Assembly: GCF_030028105.1 (NCBI RefSeq) | Contig: NC_092390.1 | Coordinates: 17,892,072 to 17,956,071, forward strand | Origin: Mobula birostris | Lineage: Eukaryota | DNA: 64,000 nt | Direction: 5' to 3' | Part shown: piece by piece, positions 36,412 through 49,751 of the stretch | Numbering within the stretch: the first letter of the stretch is position 1 | Layout: each line of letters starts with the position of its first letter | Notes under the pieces: model-generated | What the model saw: the letters and a program-made list of their open reading frames with translations, nothing else | The model's database searches: none | What the model was told of the DNA's origin: nothing | Position numbers and translations under genes: made by a program

Positions 36412-39400
36412 TTCTGGAGGAACTCAGCAAGACAGACAGGATTTACGGAGGGGAATAAACCATCAATGTTTCAGGTTGAGACCCTTCATGACCCGGCCCG
36501 ACTTGTCAACTGTTTATTCCCCTCAATAAATGCTGCCTGGCATGCTGAGTTCCTCCAGAATTTTGTGTGTGTTCCTCAAGATTTAAAGCATCTGAAGAAT
36601 TCCTTGTGTTTGTGCTTTGTTCTGCTCCTGGTAAACTTGGGCCATTCATAACCTCTGCAGTCCATGTCTGAACACACCAGGTCTTCGTCACCTAAACCCC
36701 TATGTTCATTGACACCATTATACAAACCCACTGAATCCCACAGGTACCTAACTGCATCCTCTCACCCAGCTTTCTGTAAGGATATCAGTCCTTTTCCAAA
36801 CTCCTTTCCTTCTGTTACATTTGTTGTGGCTTCCACTCTACTGCCTCAGACATGTTCTCTGTCCTGAATCATGACTTCCCCTCTACTGTACTGAATGGAT
36901 CTCAACTGTATTTCTTCTGCTTTCTGCGCGCGTGCTCTTACCCCCTCTACCCGGGACAAAACAAACGGGTCCTCCTTGCTTCAGCTTCTGTGCCAACAGC
37001 CTTCACGTTCAACACATCTTTCACAATTTCTACCGTTTCCAACTTGATCCCATTTTCACTCACATCTTCCCCTCACTTCTTTCTGCATTTTCCAGGTTTT
37101 GATCACTTCATCATTCTCTCTTCCATTCCCCATCAATTTCCTGTCTCAAGGCATCCTCCCATGCAACCTGAAGAGATGCAAAATCAGTTTATACCCCTTC
37201 CTACCATCCAGGGGTCGGAATACTCCAGCTGAAGCAGTGAATCATGTGCACTTTCAGTCTACTGCACTGCATTTGGTGTTCATAATGTGGACTTCTCTAC
37301 ACTGGAGAAACCACACAGATCGGGTGATCGATCACTCTGGGAGCAAGTACACTCAATTCAGAGTGGTGATCCTAAGCTTCCTGTAGCACACTACTTTAAC
37401 TATCAGTCCCATTCCCATTCCCACCTCCACCTGTCTTTCTACAGCCTCCTCCGCAGCTACAGTGACGCTTAATTTGTAAACTAGAACAACATTTTATCTT
37501 TCCTCACACTTTGCAACCTTCTGGAATGAACATTGAATTTTACAGCTTCGGCTCACATCAGTTCTCATTGCCTTACTTACGCTCCTTTTCCTTGTTTCTT
37601 TAAATAAGGCATAGGAGCAGAGCTGGACCACTTAGCCCATTGAGTCTCCTCCGCCATTCCATCATAGTTGATTTATTATCCCTCTCAGCTCTATTCTCCT
37701 GCCTTCTCCCTGTAAATATACCCAATAACTTGGCTTACACAGCCACATGTTGCAAAGAATTCCACAGATTCGCCACCCTCTAGCTAAAGAAATTTTTCCT
37801 CATTTCTATTCTAAATGGATGTCCCTCAATTCTGAGGCTGTGCCCTGTGGTCTTAGACTCCCCAACTATAGAGAACATCCACTCCATCCAGACCTTTCAA
37901 TATTCGATAGGTTTCAATGATGATTTCTTCTAAAACTCCAGCAGCCCAGAGCTATCAAATGCCTCTCATATGTTAATGCCTTCATTCCTGGGATCATTCT
38001 CATGAGCCTCCTCTGGACTCTCTTTAATGGCAGCACATCCATTCTTAGATGAGAGGCCCACAGCTGCTCACAATGCTCCAAGCGTGGTCTGACCGATGTC
38101 TTATAAAGCCTGTGCAGTACATCCTTGCTTTTGTCTCCTAGTCCTCTTGAAATGAACGTTAATATTGCATTTGCCTTCCTTAGCACCGACTCAACCTGCA
38201 AGTTAATTTTTAGTGAATCATGCACAAGGTCCATCTGATATTTTAATTTTTCCCATATTTACAATATAGTCCACACCTTTATTCCTTCTGTCAACATGCA
38301 CAACCAGGCACTTCCCTACGTTATCTTGCATTTGCCCAGTCTGCCGAAGTCCTTCTGCAGACACCCTTCTTCCTCAGCACTGCCCGCCCTTCCACCTATC
38401 TTTGTATCGTCCGCAAACTTCATCACAAAGTCATTAATTCCTTCATTCAAATCATTGACATATAACGTGAAAAGAAGCGGTCCCAACACTGACTCCTGCA
38501 GCACACCTCTAGCCACTGGCAGCCAACCAGAAATAGCCTGCTTTATTCCCATTCTTTGCCTCCTGCCAGTCAGACAATATTCTGTTGATTCTAGTACCTT
38601 TCCTGGGCTCTGATTTTGTTATGCAGCCTCATGAGCAACATCTTGTCGAGGCATTCTGAAAATCCTAATAAACAACATCCGCTGACTGACTCCTTTATCT
38701 ACCCTTCCTGTTATTTTCTCAAAGAATTCCAACAGAATTGTCAGGCAAGATATCCCCTTAAGGAAGCCATGCTGACTTTGCCTATATTACCATGTGCCTC
38801 CAAGTACCCTGAAATTTCATCCTTAGTAAGAGACTCCAACATCTGAAGTCAGGCTAACTGACCTATAATTTCCTTTATTCTCCCTCTCTCCCTTCTTAAA
38901 GAGTGGTGTGACATTTGCAATTTTCCAATCCTCAGGAACCATTCCAGGTTCTAGTGATTCTTGAAAGATCATTACTACTGCTTCCACAAACTCTTCAGCT
39001 ACATCTTTCAGAACCTTGAAGTGTAGACCATCTGGCTAAGTGATTTATGTACCTTCAGACCTTTCATCTCACTTCTGCCCCCTGACAGTCTCACATTTCT
39101 GGCATTCTGCTAATATCTTGTCCCTCCCCCATTTCTTTGTCCCTCATTACTACCTCCAGTGTAATTTTCCAGTGGTCTGGTATCCACTCTTGTTTCTCTT
39201 TTACACCTTGTGTAGTTGAAAAAAATCTAAGGTATCCTCTTTTATGTTATTGGCTAGCTTGCCTTCATATTTAACCTTTTTTTCTTTTTATGGCTTTTTA
39301 CTTGCCTTCTGTTGGTTTTTAAAAGCTTCCTAATCCTCTAACTTTTCACTTTTTTTCTACATTATGTGTCCTCTCTTTTGCTTTTAAGCTGTCTTTGACT

Positions 39401-42400
39401 TCAATTGTCAGCTATGGTTGCCTCATCCTCCCCTTAGAGTGCATCTTCAGCTTTGGGATATATCTTTCCTGTGCCTTCTAAATTTCCCCCCCAGAAGCAC
39501 CAGCCATTGCTGTTCTGCCGTCATCTCTTCTATTGTCCCCTTCCAATCAACTTTGGTGAGCTCCTCTCTCATGCCTCTGTAATTCCTTTTACTCCGCTGT
39601 AATACTGATATGTCTAATTTTAGCTTCTCCTTCTCAAATCGCAGAGTGAATTCTATCATATATATTATGATCACTGCAGCTTAAGTCTTCCTTTAAGCTT
39701 CCTAATCAAATCTGGGTGATTATATAACACCCAGTTGAGAACTGCCATTTCCCTAATGGGCTCAACGACAAGCTACTCTTTTAAAAAAAACCCATCTCAT
39801 CGGCATTCTACAAATTCCCTCTTGGGATCCAGCTCCAAATCAGATTTTCCCAAACTGTCTGCATATTGAAATCCTCCATGATTATCGCAACATTGCCCTT
39901 TTGACAAGTCTTTTCTGTCTCCTGTTAAAGTTGAAGCCCACATCCTGGTTACTGTTCAGAGGCCTGTGTATAACTCCCATCAGGGACTTTTTATCTTTAC
40001 ATCTTAACTGTACCAACAAGGATTCTACATTGTCTGATCCTATGTCACCTTTTTCTAAGGATTTAATTTCATTTATTTTTTACCAGTAGAGCCGCCTTCT
40101 GCCTACCTGCCTGTCCCATAGCATCATACCTGCCAATCTCTGACTGTGCTGCAAGATCTTATTCCATATACTGCATGTATTCAAATCAGTCCTGTATTCA
40201 TTACCCTTTTTGATTTTGGCCTCTGTCATGTCAGGATGGAGATATGTTTCTACCCAAGTGGGTGTAAGATGCTCCTTACTAGCCTGCAGGTCACCTTTGG
40301 GCAAGATGTAGAATCTGTTTAGTCACCACACCCCAATCAGGGTCACATGAAGCTGTGTGAGCAGGTGTTGGGTGATCATATGAGCAATTGGTGTGTATTT
40401 CAAGTCCTGGTTATGCAACCACTGATGCCAGACTTTCGCTCATCTTGTAAAGACATGGCCCAGAAGAAGGCAGTGACAGACCACTTTTATAGAAAAATTT
40501 ACCAAGAACAATCATGCTTATGAAAAACCATGATCATCCACATCATCTGACATAGCACAGAGCAAATGAACCTGTTACACTTTAATTCATCCCACTGACT
40601 GCCTGCAATTTTCCCAACTGTCCTTCTGTTTTCCTCACTACACACCAGAAACCTTTAACCCAGCCCCCTGTACCAGTTCTTCAGTCACCCATTAATTTGC
40701 CAAATCATCCAATTCTTACCTTCACTGGCATGTGGCACAGGCAGCAATCCAAATATTACTACTCTAGAGGTGTTGCCTTCAGCTTCCTGCCTAACTCCCT
40801 ATGTTCTCTCTTCAGAACCTTCTCCCTTTTTCCTATGTCCTCTTTAAACTTTGCACTATGTCACAAACAAGTGACCTCTTGTGCTGATTGCCACCTGCCC
40901 ACTTCCATGCTCATGTTCCTTATCTCCGGATCTGTCTTAATCTAGCCCTAGATAGGGTATTTTGCCCTACACTCACTCTTCCCTCATTCCCTGGAAGGGT
41001 CTGTGACTCAAAACACTAACTGGTTCTCTTTTCACAGTTGCAGTCTGACTGGCTGAGTTCTTCTAGCATTTCAGTTTTTGTACCATTGGAATGGGTCTGA
41101 TTAGTACTTTTTTTCCTCCAAAGTCTCTTCACGTTCTTCTTTTCTATCTGTAAACTCCCTCAGCCTGCAACTCTATTTTTATTGCATCTCACTTAGTCAT
41201 TCAGAATTTAATTGCTCCACTAATAGCAGCTGTGACTTTGGGTGTCTGGGCCTTAAGCTCTGAAATTCTTTCGTTCAATTTTAAGGTGCTTATTAAAACT
41301 CATCATGGTGGACAAGCTTTGTGCTATTTTCCTAATGTCCCTTTTGGTCATTTTTTTGTGCTGAGACGTTTCTGTGAAATGGCTTTGGAAGCATTTGTCC
41401 TTATACAAATGTTTCACAAATAGAAGTTGTTATTACTGTCGCTATGTTCATCCCAAAGCAATATTAGATTGTGAGGACACTCAGTCCTCGTTTATTGTCA
41501 TTTAGCAATGCATTAAAAAATGATACAATGTTCCTCCAGTATGATATCACAGAAACACAAGACAGACCAAGACTAAAACTGACAAAAACCACATAATTAT
41601 CACATATAGTTACAACAGTGCAAAGCAATACCATAATTTGATTTTTTAAAATACTTATTTTAAGATAGATTTATTAAAACTTTTTATATGAGCTTGTTGC
41701 AAACGTGGCAGTTGTGTTTCCTCCTTTACAATGTTGATCCCTTTCAAACCTTCCTCAATAGCTGTTAAACATCTCAGGAAGTCCCAAGGTGCGTAAATCT
41801 TAAGTCCTGCTTTCTTTCCCACCCAAGAATTCCGCTTCCTGAGCTAAAAGATTCTGACAAGCTGGACAAGATAATGGTAATGAAGGAAGCTGCAAAGAGG
41901 GTGAAGCTTGGTCCAGACTGTCTACCTTCCATCTGCTTTTACACCTTCCTAAACGCCTATCAGGTTAGTGACCTACTCCGTGACAGTCTTGGCCCAGGAG
42001 GAATTACACAACCTCTATATTTCCTAGAAAAGGAAGCTTGCAAGTCTATTGCAATGTGTTTTATAATCCTCTTCGTTAGGGACGCAGGGGTCCACTGATT
42101 TTTAAAAAAATATTTAGAGACACTCCAGCGACAGGCCCTTTCAGCCCAATGTGCTCATACGATCCAGTCGAATGTGTGGCCAAGTAATGGGTGCAGGGGA
42201 AAGGTTCCAGATTTCTGGACAATTGGGATCTCTTCTGGGGAAGATATGACATGTATATATTTGTTTTAAAAAGGGATCGGTTACCCTGCACCTGAACGGG
42301 ACCAATATCCTTGTGGGCAGGTTTGCTAGAGCAGTTGGGGAGGGTTGAAACTAATTGGGCAGGGGAATGGGAACCATTATGATAGGGCTGAGGATGGGGC

Positions 42401-45400
42401 AGTTGGTATACAAGTAAGATGCAGTGTGTAGTGAGACTGAGGAAAGTCAGGCAGATGATAGGGCAAAATTGCAGTCAGTGAGATGAATTGGAATGTAACA
42501 TAGAGGCAATATTGGAAAGGGTGAGGAGTACAGGACCGAAGGAGTTATATTTGAATACATGCAGTATATAAGGAATATGATCCTGCAGCACATTTAGAGA
42601 TTGCCAGGTACAACGTGGGCATCACTGAGTAGTGGCTGAAAGATCACTGTTGGGAGCTTAACATCTAAGGATACACCTTGTATCAAAAGCTAGATGGAGG
42701 GGATGGGATGGCTCTACTGGTCAAAAATAAAATCAACTCTTAGAAAGAAGTGACATATGATCAGACGATGCGAAATCCTTCCAGACAGAGTTAAGAAACT
42801 ACAAGGTAAAAAGACCCTGATGGCACCCTTGCAACCTAACACCATCTTCGCAGATTTGATTTGATACAAACAAGGCATTGCCTTGCTTTGATGCATATAT
42901 GACTAATAATTCTAATCTAGTCTAATAACTGCAGATCGGCTCATGGTGCTTAAATTGGGGCAGCAGAGAGCCACAGTGAGCAGAGCTGCTGTTTCACTGG
43001 CTCGGATCCTGAATCAGGTGCTCTCTGTGTGGCTTTCCCTCCAACATCCCAAAAGTGTGAGGGTCAGTGGGGTTAACTGGCCACTTTAAATTGCCCCTAG
43101 TGTGTGGGTGAGAAGTAGAATTTGGAGGGTATTTCATAGGGCTGTGGGGAGAATAAAATGGATTTAATGTAGGATATGTAAATGGTTGTTTGATTGTATG
43201 GACTTAGTGGGCTGAAAGGCCTGTTTCCACGTAGTTTGACTGAGCATTGAATGTAAAATCATTGCTGCTGAATTTATACAAGACCCTGGTTGCAGTTGTG
43301 ATTTTGTGCGCAGAATGTTTTGGTTATGCACGCTTCCAAAGTGACCTGTCATCCCCCGTTCTGCCCTGCTCCAGGGTCTCACTGCAGTTGATTTCACGGA
43401 TGATTCCAGTCTGATAGCGGGTGGATTTGCTGATTCCACCGTCAGAGTGTGGAGCATTACGCCGAAGAAGCTGCGGAGCGTCAAAGGGGCCACAGGTAAA
43501 TGCACAGAACCGGAGATCTTGGACGGGAAAAGGTAATGGTTCTGCTGGAAGCTGCAAGAGTGGTGATTTGACACAGGGTTATGTTAGTTTTCCCCTCACT
43601 AATTGTTTATCACTTGCCCACCAAAATCAGTGAGCTTTGTTCTCACAGACGTGTCATGAGATTTATTGTTGTGCTGGATAAAAAATATACCATGAATTAC
43701 AATTAAATAGTTGCATTTATATTTATCTATATGTATCAGTGCAAAAAGAGAGAAAAAATAGTGCAGTAGTGTTCACGGTTTCATTGTCCATTCACAAATC
43801 TGATGGCGGAAGGCAAGAAGCTCTTTCTGAATTGGTGAGTGTGTATCTTCGGGCTCCTGTACTTCCTCCCTGATGGTAGAAATAAGAAGAGGGCATGCCC
43901 TGAGTGCTCGGGGTCCATGAGACATCGCCTTTTGAAGATGGCCTTGCTGGGGTTGGGGGAGGCTAGTGCCCATGATGGCTCAGTAGGCTTGTTCATTCTG
44001 CCTCAGCCTCTACAATTGAATCTAGAGGAGTCCATTTGGCCCTTTATGTTTAGGTGCCGTCCTTTGTTCATGAAGAATCTCTTCATGAGCGAATTCATGG
44101 TTCCTCAGAAGCCTCCCTCGGCCACTCTGTCAGGACCTACTATGAAATATGTTGTGCATACTGAGCCATAACTCAGATCTGGTTCTTGAGCCACAAGCAG
44201 CTCCCTCGGGGTGACTGAAAGAATTTTGTCACCACCTACAGTAGGAGTTCTGTTTCCCAATTCCTTCCTCCTCCACACTCTACTCTGCCATTCCCAGGTG
44301 GAGTGCTGAATGCGTGATTGTCAGTGGAGAACAGTAATTTGCTATTACACAAATACCACCTCTTCCCTTGGGCTTCACCACGATGTACAATTTCAAGTGA
44401 GATTCTGTATGTAGATTGTCAAGTGTTTACAAACCTCTGAGCAACAGCATGGAGCTCTGCATTTCTGTGGCACACAGTTTGAAGTTGTGGGTTCATGTAG
44501 CAGCAACGGACATTCCCCTTACTCAGGATGGTTTTTATATAACATGAGGTGTCCAGACCCAATCTGTTGGGGGAGGGGGAAGAGGACGTGGTGACTCCTG
44601 GTCTCAATGCAAGTGCAGGCTGACTGAATGTTTTGTCTTTCTCCTGCAGATCTCAGTTTAATCGACAAGGAGTCAGAAGATGTGCTGGAGAGGATAATGG
44701 ACGAGAAGTCTGCCTGCGAGTTTAAAATGTTGCTAGGACATGGTGGCCCTGTGTATGGGACCAGCTTCAGCCCCGACAGGTAGCGAGCTCCCCATAAACT
44801 CTTACAAAAGATGTTGTGCTCCTGTTCATCTAATGCCCGTGTTGATGTTGGTGGTGCATAAATGCAGTCCAGATTAATTGATATATTGCTAGAACATTGT
44901 TGTTGTTCCTTTCTGTGTCTTGTGGTGCGTCGGGCGGCAACCTTGCCCTTTAGCATTTTTTGGTCTGTTTTTTTTTACGAAGCCGAGTTGCTTGCTCGAC
45001 GCTCAACCCAGCACCGATGGAAAATATGCAAAGAGCCAGATTCAAACCCAGTACCACTTGCCTCAAAGTCCAGTGCAGATGCCACATCATCACCGGTCAG
45101 CTAAAATTCCTACAACACAGGAGATCATTCGACCCTTTCAATCTTTGCCCTGTCAGTCTTTCAGCCCACAGAATTTCTGTGCCTTTGTTCCAAAGCCCTA
45201 CAAATTACTCTCCCTCAAGTACCTCTCCAAATCCCTCTGAAAGCACTGCTTCAGTTTCTATCTCCCTGTAGGGACTGGGTTCCTGATCATCGCCTCCAAT
45301 GTCCTATAATCTGTTGGGCAAACTGTTCCATCTGTGCCTCTCGTACTGGGACATACGCTGATGCGAGAGGTTTCCCTCAGTACAATGCGCATCCTTCCAA

Positions 45401-47402
45401 TTTCCTTTCGTCTTACTTTCTCCAAAGAGAATAATTATCTCTTGTATCTCATGAACGTGATAGATAGGGGAAAGGAGGTAGAGAATAAAAACAGCAGTTT
45501 GTTTTAACTTTAATTCACGGACAAGTTAACGTGTTGCCAGCAGCAGACAGTGACAGAACAGATGGTATGACAGAATGCAGAATTGTTCTTCCTCTCTCTT
45601 CAGGAATTACCTTTTGTCCAGCTCAGAGGATGGGACGGTGAGGCTATGGAGTCTGCAAACCTTCACCTGCCTTGTGGGTTACAAGGGACACAACTATCCA
45701 GTGTGGGACACACAGTTCTCTCCCTATGGCTACTACTTCATTTCAGGAGGTCATGATCGTGTGGCACGGTGAGTGAGAGTCGGAATTAGTGCGTCTTAAG
45801 AGTCACGGTCATCAACATGGAAACAGGCTATTCAACCCATCATTTCCATTCTGGCCTGTGGCACCCACCTGCATTAATCAACACTATTTGGCTCATAGTT
45901 TCTATACCCAGACCCCTCATTATTTTCCAAAGGGCTCAACGTTATTTCAAATTGCTGCCAATTGTTGCTTGAGTTGACAATTCTTGTGTATCAATGTACT
46001 GTAAACTTGAATAACACATGGGACATTCAATCCCTCAGGCTCTGGGTGACAGATCACTATCAACCTCTGCGGATATTCTCCGGTCATCTCTCGGATGTCA
46101 CCTGCACGAGATTTCATCCCAACTCCAATTATGTAGTCACTGGGTCTGCAGACCGGACCATCCGGCTGTGGGATGTTCTAAATGGCAACTGTGTCCGAAT
46201 CCTCACTGGACACAAGGTAGGCAGCTCCTTGCTAGTGATTGTTGGGAAGCTTAGTTGAGACCGGCCTCATTAACATCCTCTCCTTTCTTTTAGGGGCCGA
46301 TCCACTCGCTGGTGTTTTCTCCAAACGGCAGGTACCTGGCCTCAGGTGCCACAGATGGGCGTGTGCTGCTGTGGGATATCGGGCACGGGCTTCTTGTGGG
46401 AGAGCTGAAGGGTCACACTGACACTGTCTATGCCCTGAAGTTTAGCCGTGACGGGGAAATTTTAGCATCAGGTGAGATGGTTCATTTTGCAGCAGGGTAA
46501 GACTTTAAGCTCCTTGCCAGCATTTTCTGTTCCAAGGAGCTGGTGGTTCTGAAACCCACATTCAACCACATGTCTGGAGTCACATTAGCTCTTGAGTAAT
46601 AAGGCAGCTTCACTGCTATTTCCACTGTGGCGAGCTGTTTATTTTCACGTTGTTTAAATTCAAATTCTCAAGCTGTTGTGTGAGATTCACACTACCTTTC
46701 AGGCCATTATTTCCTTGGTCATTAGCCCAGGCAGCAAATGACTGGAATGTAAACTGCAGGAAAGCACAACAGGTAGTACAGCCTCTGTGGGAGACAAAGA
46801 GCTGACACACCAATTCTGATCCAAGGTCATTGATTCTCTCCTAACAGATGTTGCCTGACTAGCTGAATGTTCTTCCAATCAGTAGTTCAGCACTGTTTAT
46901 ATTCTTGTTTAATAGATATTAATTAACAGTATAATAAATGTGATGTTTTATAAAAGGAGTGTTGAACAGGGGTTCTGGTGTGTTATAAAGGGATTGTGAG
47001 ACCCAGGGCTGCAATGTGTTAAAGGGAGTGCGTGGGAACTGGGGCTCCGGTTGTCATTGGCTGCTGTGCCTTTGACATTCCAGTTCTGAAGCATGGCAGG
47101 GGCAATGGAGAAGTGTGTCTGCTGATGAAATTGGGGCTTTGCTGCTGGCAAAGGAATCTTCTGACCTATTCCTTGTTGTTTCAGGGTCCATGGATCATAC
47201 TGTGAAAATGTGGGATACGGTGAAAGCCTTCGAGGACCTCGAGACAGATGATTTCAGCACTGCTACTGGGCACATTAACTTGACTGACAACTCACAGGAG
47301 TTGCTGCTGGGCTCCTACATGACCAAATCAACGCCCGTTATCGGCCTGCACTTCACCCGCCGTAATCTGCTGTTGGCCGCAGGGGCGTACAATCCACAGT
47401 GA
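28950..47402 (+). CDS. TAF5: Transcription initiation factor TFIID subunit 5; 10 coding exons, 2199 nt, 732 aa
   Basis: join(28950-29542,32082-32397,33736-33899,41828-41963,43375-43495,44650-44779,45604-45768,46039-46216,46294-46471,47185-47402); all GT-AG and in frame; LisH, NTD2 and WD40 repeats; ends FTRRNLLLAAGAYNPQ. Confidence 0.97.
31060..31340 (+). mobile_element. SINE with BovB/Bov-A-like 3' end (other copies ~40230-40570, and 51247-53190 split by the Tc1)
   Basis: Three copies share CTACCAAAG..GTGTAAGGC.CTCCTT and AGAAGGCAATGGCAAACCACTTCTGTAGAAAAATTTGCC. Confidence 0.65.
32082..32397 (+). CDS. TAF5: TAF5 exon 2
   Basis: YHGDQEGYYQDDLR..FRTSKFVLRISRDSY..EAKREANKTK; 316 bp. Confidence 0.96.
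32520..33460 (+). mobile_element. Old CR1 fragments in TAF5 intron 2
   Basis: Degenerate CR1 3' ORF2 and tail motifs. Confidence 0.6.
33736..33899 (+). CDS. TAF5: TAF5 exon 3
   Basis: VFFGLLKEPEIE..KPKKKKPKKD..DPNAPPQNR; 164 bp. Confidence 0.96.
33978..35712 (+). mobile_element. Penelope-like retroelement (RT + GIY-YIG endonuclease, disrupted) with 3' pseudo-LTR
   Basis: GVAMGTCMGPSYA, FLRYIDN, LPFLD, YYKPTDSHSYLDY; FTCESAGVIYCVQCSQCGLLYIGKT..RFAEH. Confidence 0.92.
35584..35619 (+). ncRNA. Minimal type I hammerhead ribozyme motif in a Penelope pLTR (another good copy at 23767-23802, minus strand)
   Basis: AGTC-CTGACGA-A-GGGTCTTGGCCC-GAAA-CA-TC-GACT: catalytic core with stems I and II. Confidence 0.65.
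36640..37560 (+). mobile_element. Older degenerate Penelope-like fragment
   Basis: YKPTESHRYL..SHP and LPVAHYFN motifs, paralleling the 34-35 kb copy. Confidence 0.7.
37610..40090 (-). mobile_element. Degenerate CR1 LINE (EN + RT remnants) in TAF5 intron 3
   Basis: GVLQESVLGPLLF..KFADDTKIGG; LYKTSVRPRLEHC; NYRGMREELTKVDW. Confidence 0.88.
41828..41963 (+). CDS. TAF5: TAF5 exon 4
   Basis: IPLPELKDSDKLDKIM..LPSICFYTFLNAYQ; 136 bp. Confidence 0.96.
42195..42830 (+). mobile_element. CR1 ORF1-end / ORF2-start remnant
   Basis: GGTTCCAGATTTCTGGACAATTGGGATCTCTTCTGGGG and GGGCATCACTGAGTAGTGGCTG (GITE-WL-like). Confidence 0.6.
43375..43495 (+). CDS. TAF5: TAF5 exon 5
   Basis: GLTAVDFTDDSSLIAGGFADSTVRVWSITPKKLRSVK; 121 bp. 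Confidence 0.96.
44650..44779 (+). CDS. TAF5: TAF5 exon 6
   Basis: DLSLIDKESEDVLERIMDEK..GHGGPVYGTSFSPDR; 130 bp. Confidence 0.96.
45604..45768 (+). CDS. TAF5: TAF5 exon 7
   Basis: NYLLSSSEDGTVRLWSLQ..GHNYPVWD..SGGHDRVAR; 165 bp. Confidence 0.96.
46039..46216 (+). CDS. TAF5: TAF5 exon 8
   Basis: LWVTDHYQPLRIFSGH..FHPNSNY..RILTGHK; 178 bp. Confidence 0.96.
46294..46471 (+). CDS. TAF5: TAF5 exon 9
   Basis: GPIHSLVFSPNGRYLASG..FSRDGEILAS; 178 bp, after a 77-bp intron. Confidence 0.96.
47185..47402 (+). CDS. TAF5: TAF5 exon 10 (last coding)
   Basis: GSMDHTVKMWD..AAGAYNPQ then TGA. Confidence 0.96.
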
Positions 47403-47674
47403 CAGGTCCTCCCCACTGCTGGCTCAGCCCACCCCATCAGGAATGGAAGCTATTCCAATTCTTGTTCCCTAGTCCCCACGTCGTTCTCAGAATGAACAAA
47501 GGGTGCAGATATTTTCACGGTATCCGTGGCATTCTCATATTTAGCCCCATCCTCCCCATCAGTTTATGCCAAGGTGGTACATTTGCGACATATTGCCGCA
47601 CTGAGACGTTTTGCAGTAATGTGAATGAACAGGGATGTTCCTTTGTTTTTTTTTAAAGTTTTGATGAAATTTAC

Positions 47675-47680
47675 AATAAA
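47675..47680 (+). terminator. Probable TAF5 polyadenylation signal (alternative at 48149-48154)
   Basis: AATAAA ~270 nt after the stop codon. Confidence 0.55.
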
Positions 47681-49751
47681 ACACTGAAATCAGATGTTTT
47701 ATGAAGTTTGTATGGCACCCCGAGAAACTTTCTGCAAAGATGCACATTTTCCCTTTGCAAAGAAAGATCTGTCAGTGTTTTACAGAGACTTCTCTTCCTG
47801 TGTATATCCCTCCGTTGGGTCACTCCAAAAAAGCACAGCCACCAAGACAGTATGGATTAGACCTGGTTGCAGTCTCGTGCATATGATGCAAGAGAGCCCC
47901 ACACTCAGAGCTAGGGCAATGTGATGGTTCTGAACTGGAACCCCCAAAGTCAAAGAAGCAGGCCCTTCAGCCCAAATGGTGCAGTTCCAATCAAGACACC
48001 CATCTAAGAGTTCCATTTGCCCACGTTTGGCCTATTAACAGTAACTCCTAAACTTTCCCTAACCATTAGTTAATGTGAAACTACTTTGGACATCTTACTG
48101 AAGTATCAACACCAAAGGATCAGTAGAACATCTTTATAGCTGTCTTAGAATAAACCAAGCTTGTGTTTTTTTTTCAAACCTGCTTTGTACAGATGAAGAT
48201 ACTAACTGGAGTTCTGGATTTCCCAGTGACTTGTTCTTCCACTGCTTTGGGTGGAAAGACTTATGGAAGTAAGGCTTATTAACCATTACCAACCTATTCA
48301 ATGCTGGTAATCAGTGCTCTGAAGCAACAGTCAGTACTGGAACATTGCAGTAACATGGCAGTTAAAACAATGCTTTACAGTAGTAGCTGCAAGATTCCTG
48401 CTGTTGTCTGCAAGGAGTGTGTTCTCGCTGACCACATGGGTTTCCTCCTACGTTCCAAAAACACATGGGTTAAGATTACTAAGTTGTGGGCATGGTACCT
48501 TGGTACCAGAAGCATGGTGACTTGAGCTGCCCCCAGTGGATTTGATGCAAAGCAATGCATTTCATTGTATATGTAACAGAGCAAATCTTTACTGTTGAAA
48601 ATGGAGTCAAGATTATATAGATGCTGGAAATCTAGAGTAAAACGTAAAATGCTGGAGGAACTTGGCAGATCAGAGAGAAATTATATATATTTCATTTCCC
48701 TCCATAGACGCTGCTTAGTTCCTCCAGCATTTTATGAATGTTGCACTGTCCAAAAAAAGCCTCTAATTAAAGCTGCAGGGTTGGTGTTTAGTTACTCCGT
48801 GCAACTTTCACATTAAACGTAAATTTATAGGGATTTGAATAGGTGCAGGTTTTATTAGAATAGTTGTGTAGTAAGACACGTGGGTGAACAGTCTGATGGA
48901 AACAGAACTAGGCAAGGCATTGGTTCCCACAAAGCAGAGCCAGACTGCCAGTGTAATAATCAATGTACAGGGTCTGGCTAGACAAAGTGTTGTTAGTTTT
49001 TTGCCATTTTTCCAGTCCATTCATAAATCTCCCAATGAACAAGGAACTTCTGCAAAAGACCTTTGTCCTGTAGTTGTACGGGACCAGAGCTTGTGACATG
49101 CAGAGGGGGAAGAGAGGTTGTGCGCGTGGACGCGCACGCATTCAAGCAAAACAGACAGTTGGAAAGGAAGAGACTCCTGGGCTGTTCACACTGCCAGAAA
49201 ATTTTCCAGTTGAAATAAACACGACTGAAACAGATTCCCAGGAGTTTTACTTGTGAAAGCAGATAACTTATTTTACAGCACAATAGTAATGATTGTAGAG
49301 GTTTAAATTATTTCCACAAGTCCAACAGAAACATATGCTGGTCCTTAATTTCATACTTGCACCCTCACCGAGGAGAACCTAAAAAAAGAATCATAAACAG
49401 GTAAATAAGACCTCAGAAACACAAGGCCAGCTTTCAGGGTCAATGCCAAGACATTCCTCAAATAAACAGCAACTGCCCACAGCCAAAAGAATTGTGCACA
49501 CATTTTCTAGTACCACAGGCTACAACCAACAGATTAGCTGTACTGACCCATTAAATATTCCCAGAACAGGGCCGACACACTGGATGCAAGACTCCCTCTA
49601 CACTGTCCTGTCACATATTTGGGCAGGGTATGGCTCTTGGGGCTGAGACAGCATGAAAATATTGGCTAGTGGAGCAAAATCAGATAAAGATGAACTTTAT
49701 CACATGTACATCAAAACACACAGTGAAAAGGACCTAGTGCTTTCCTTATGA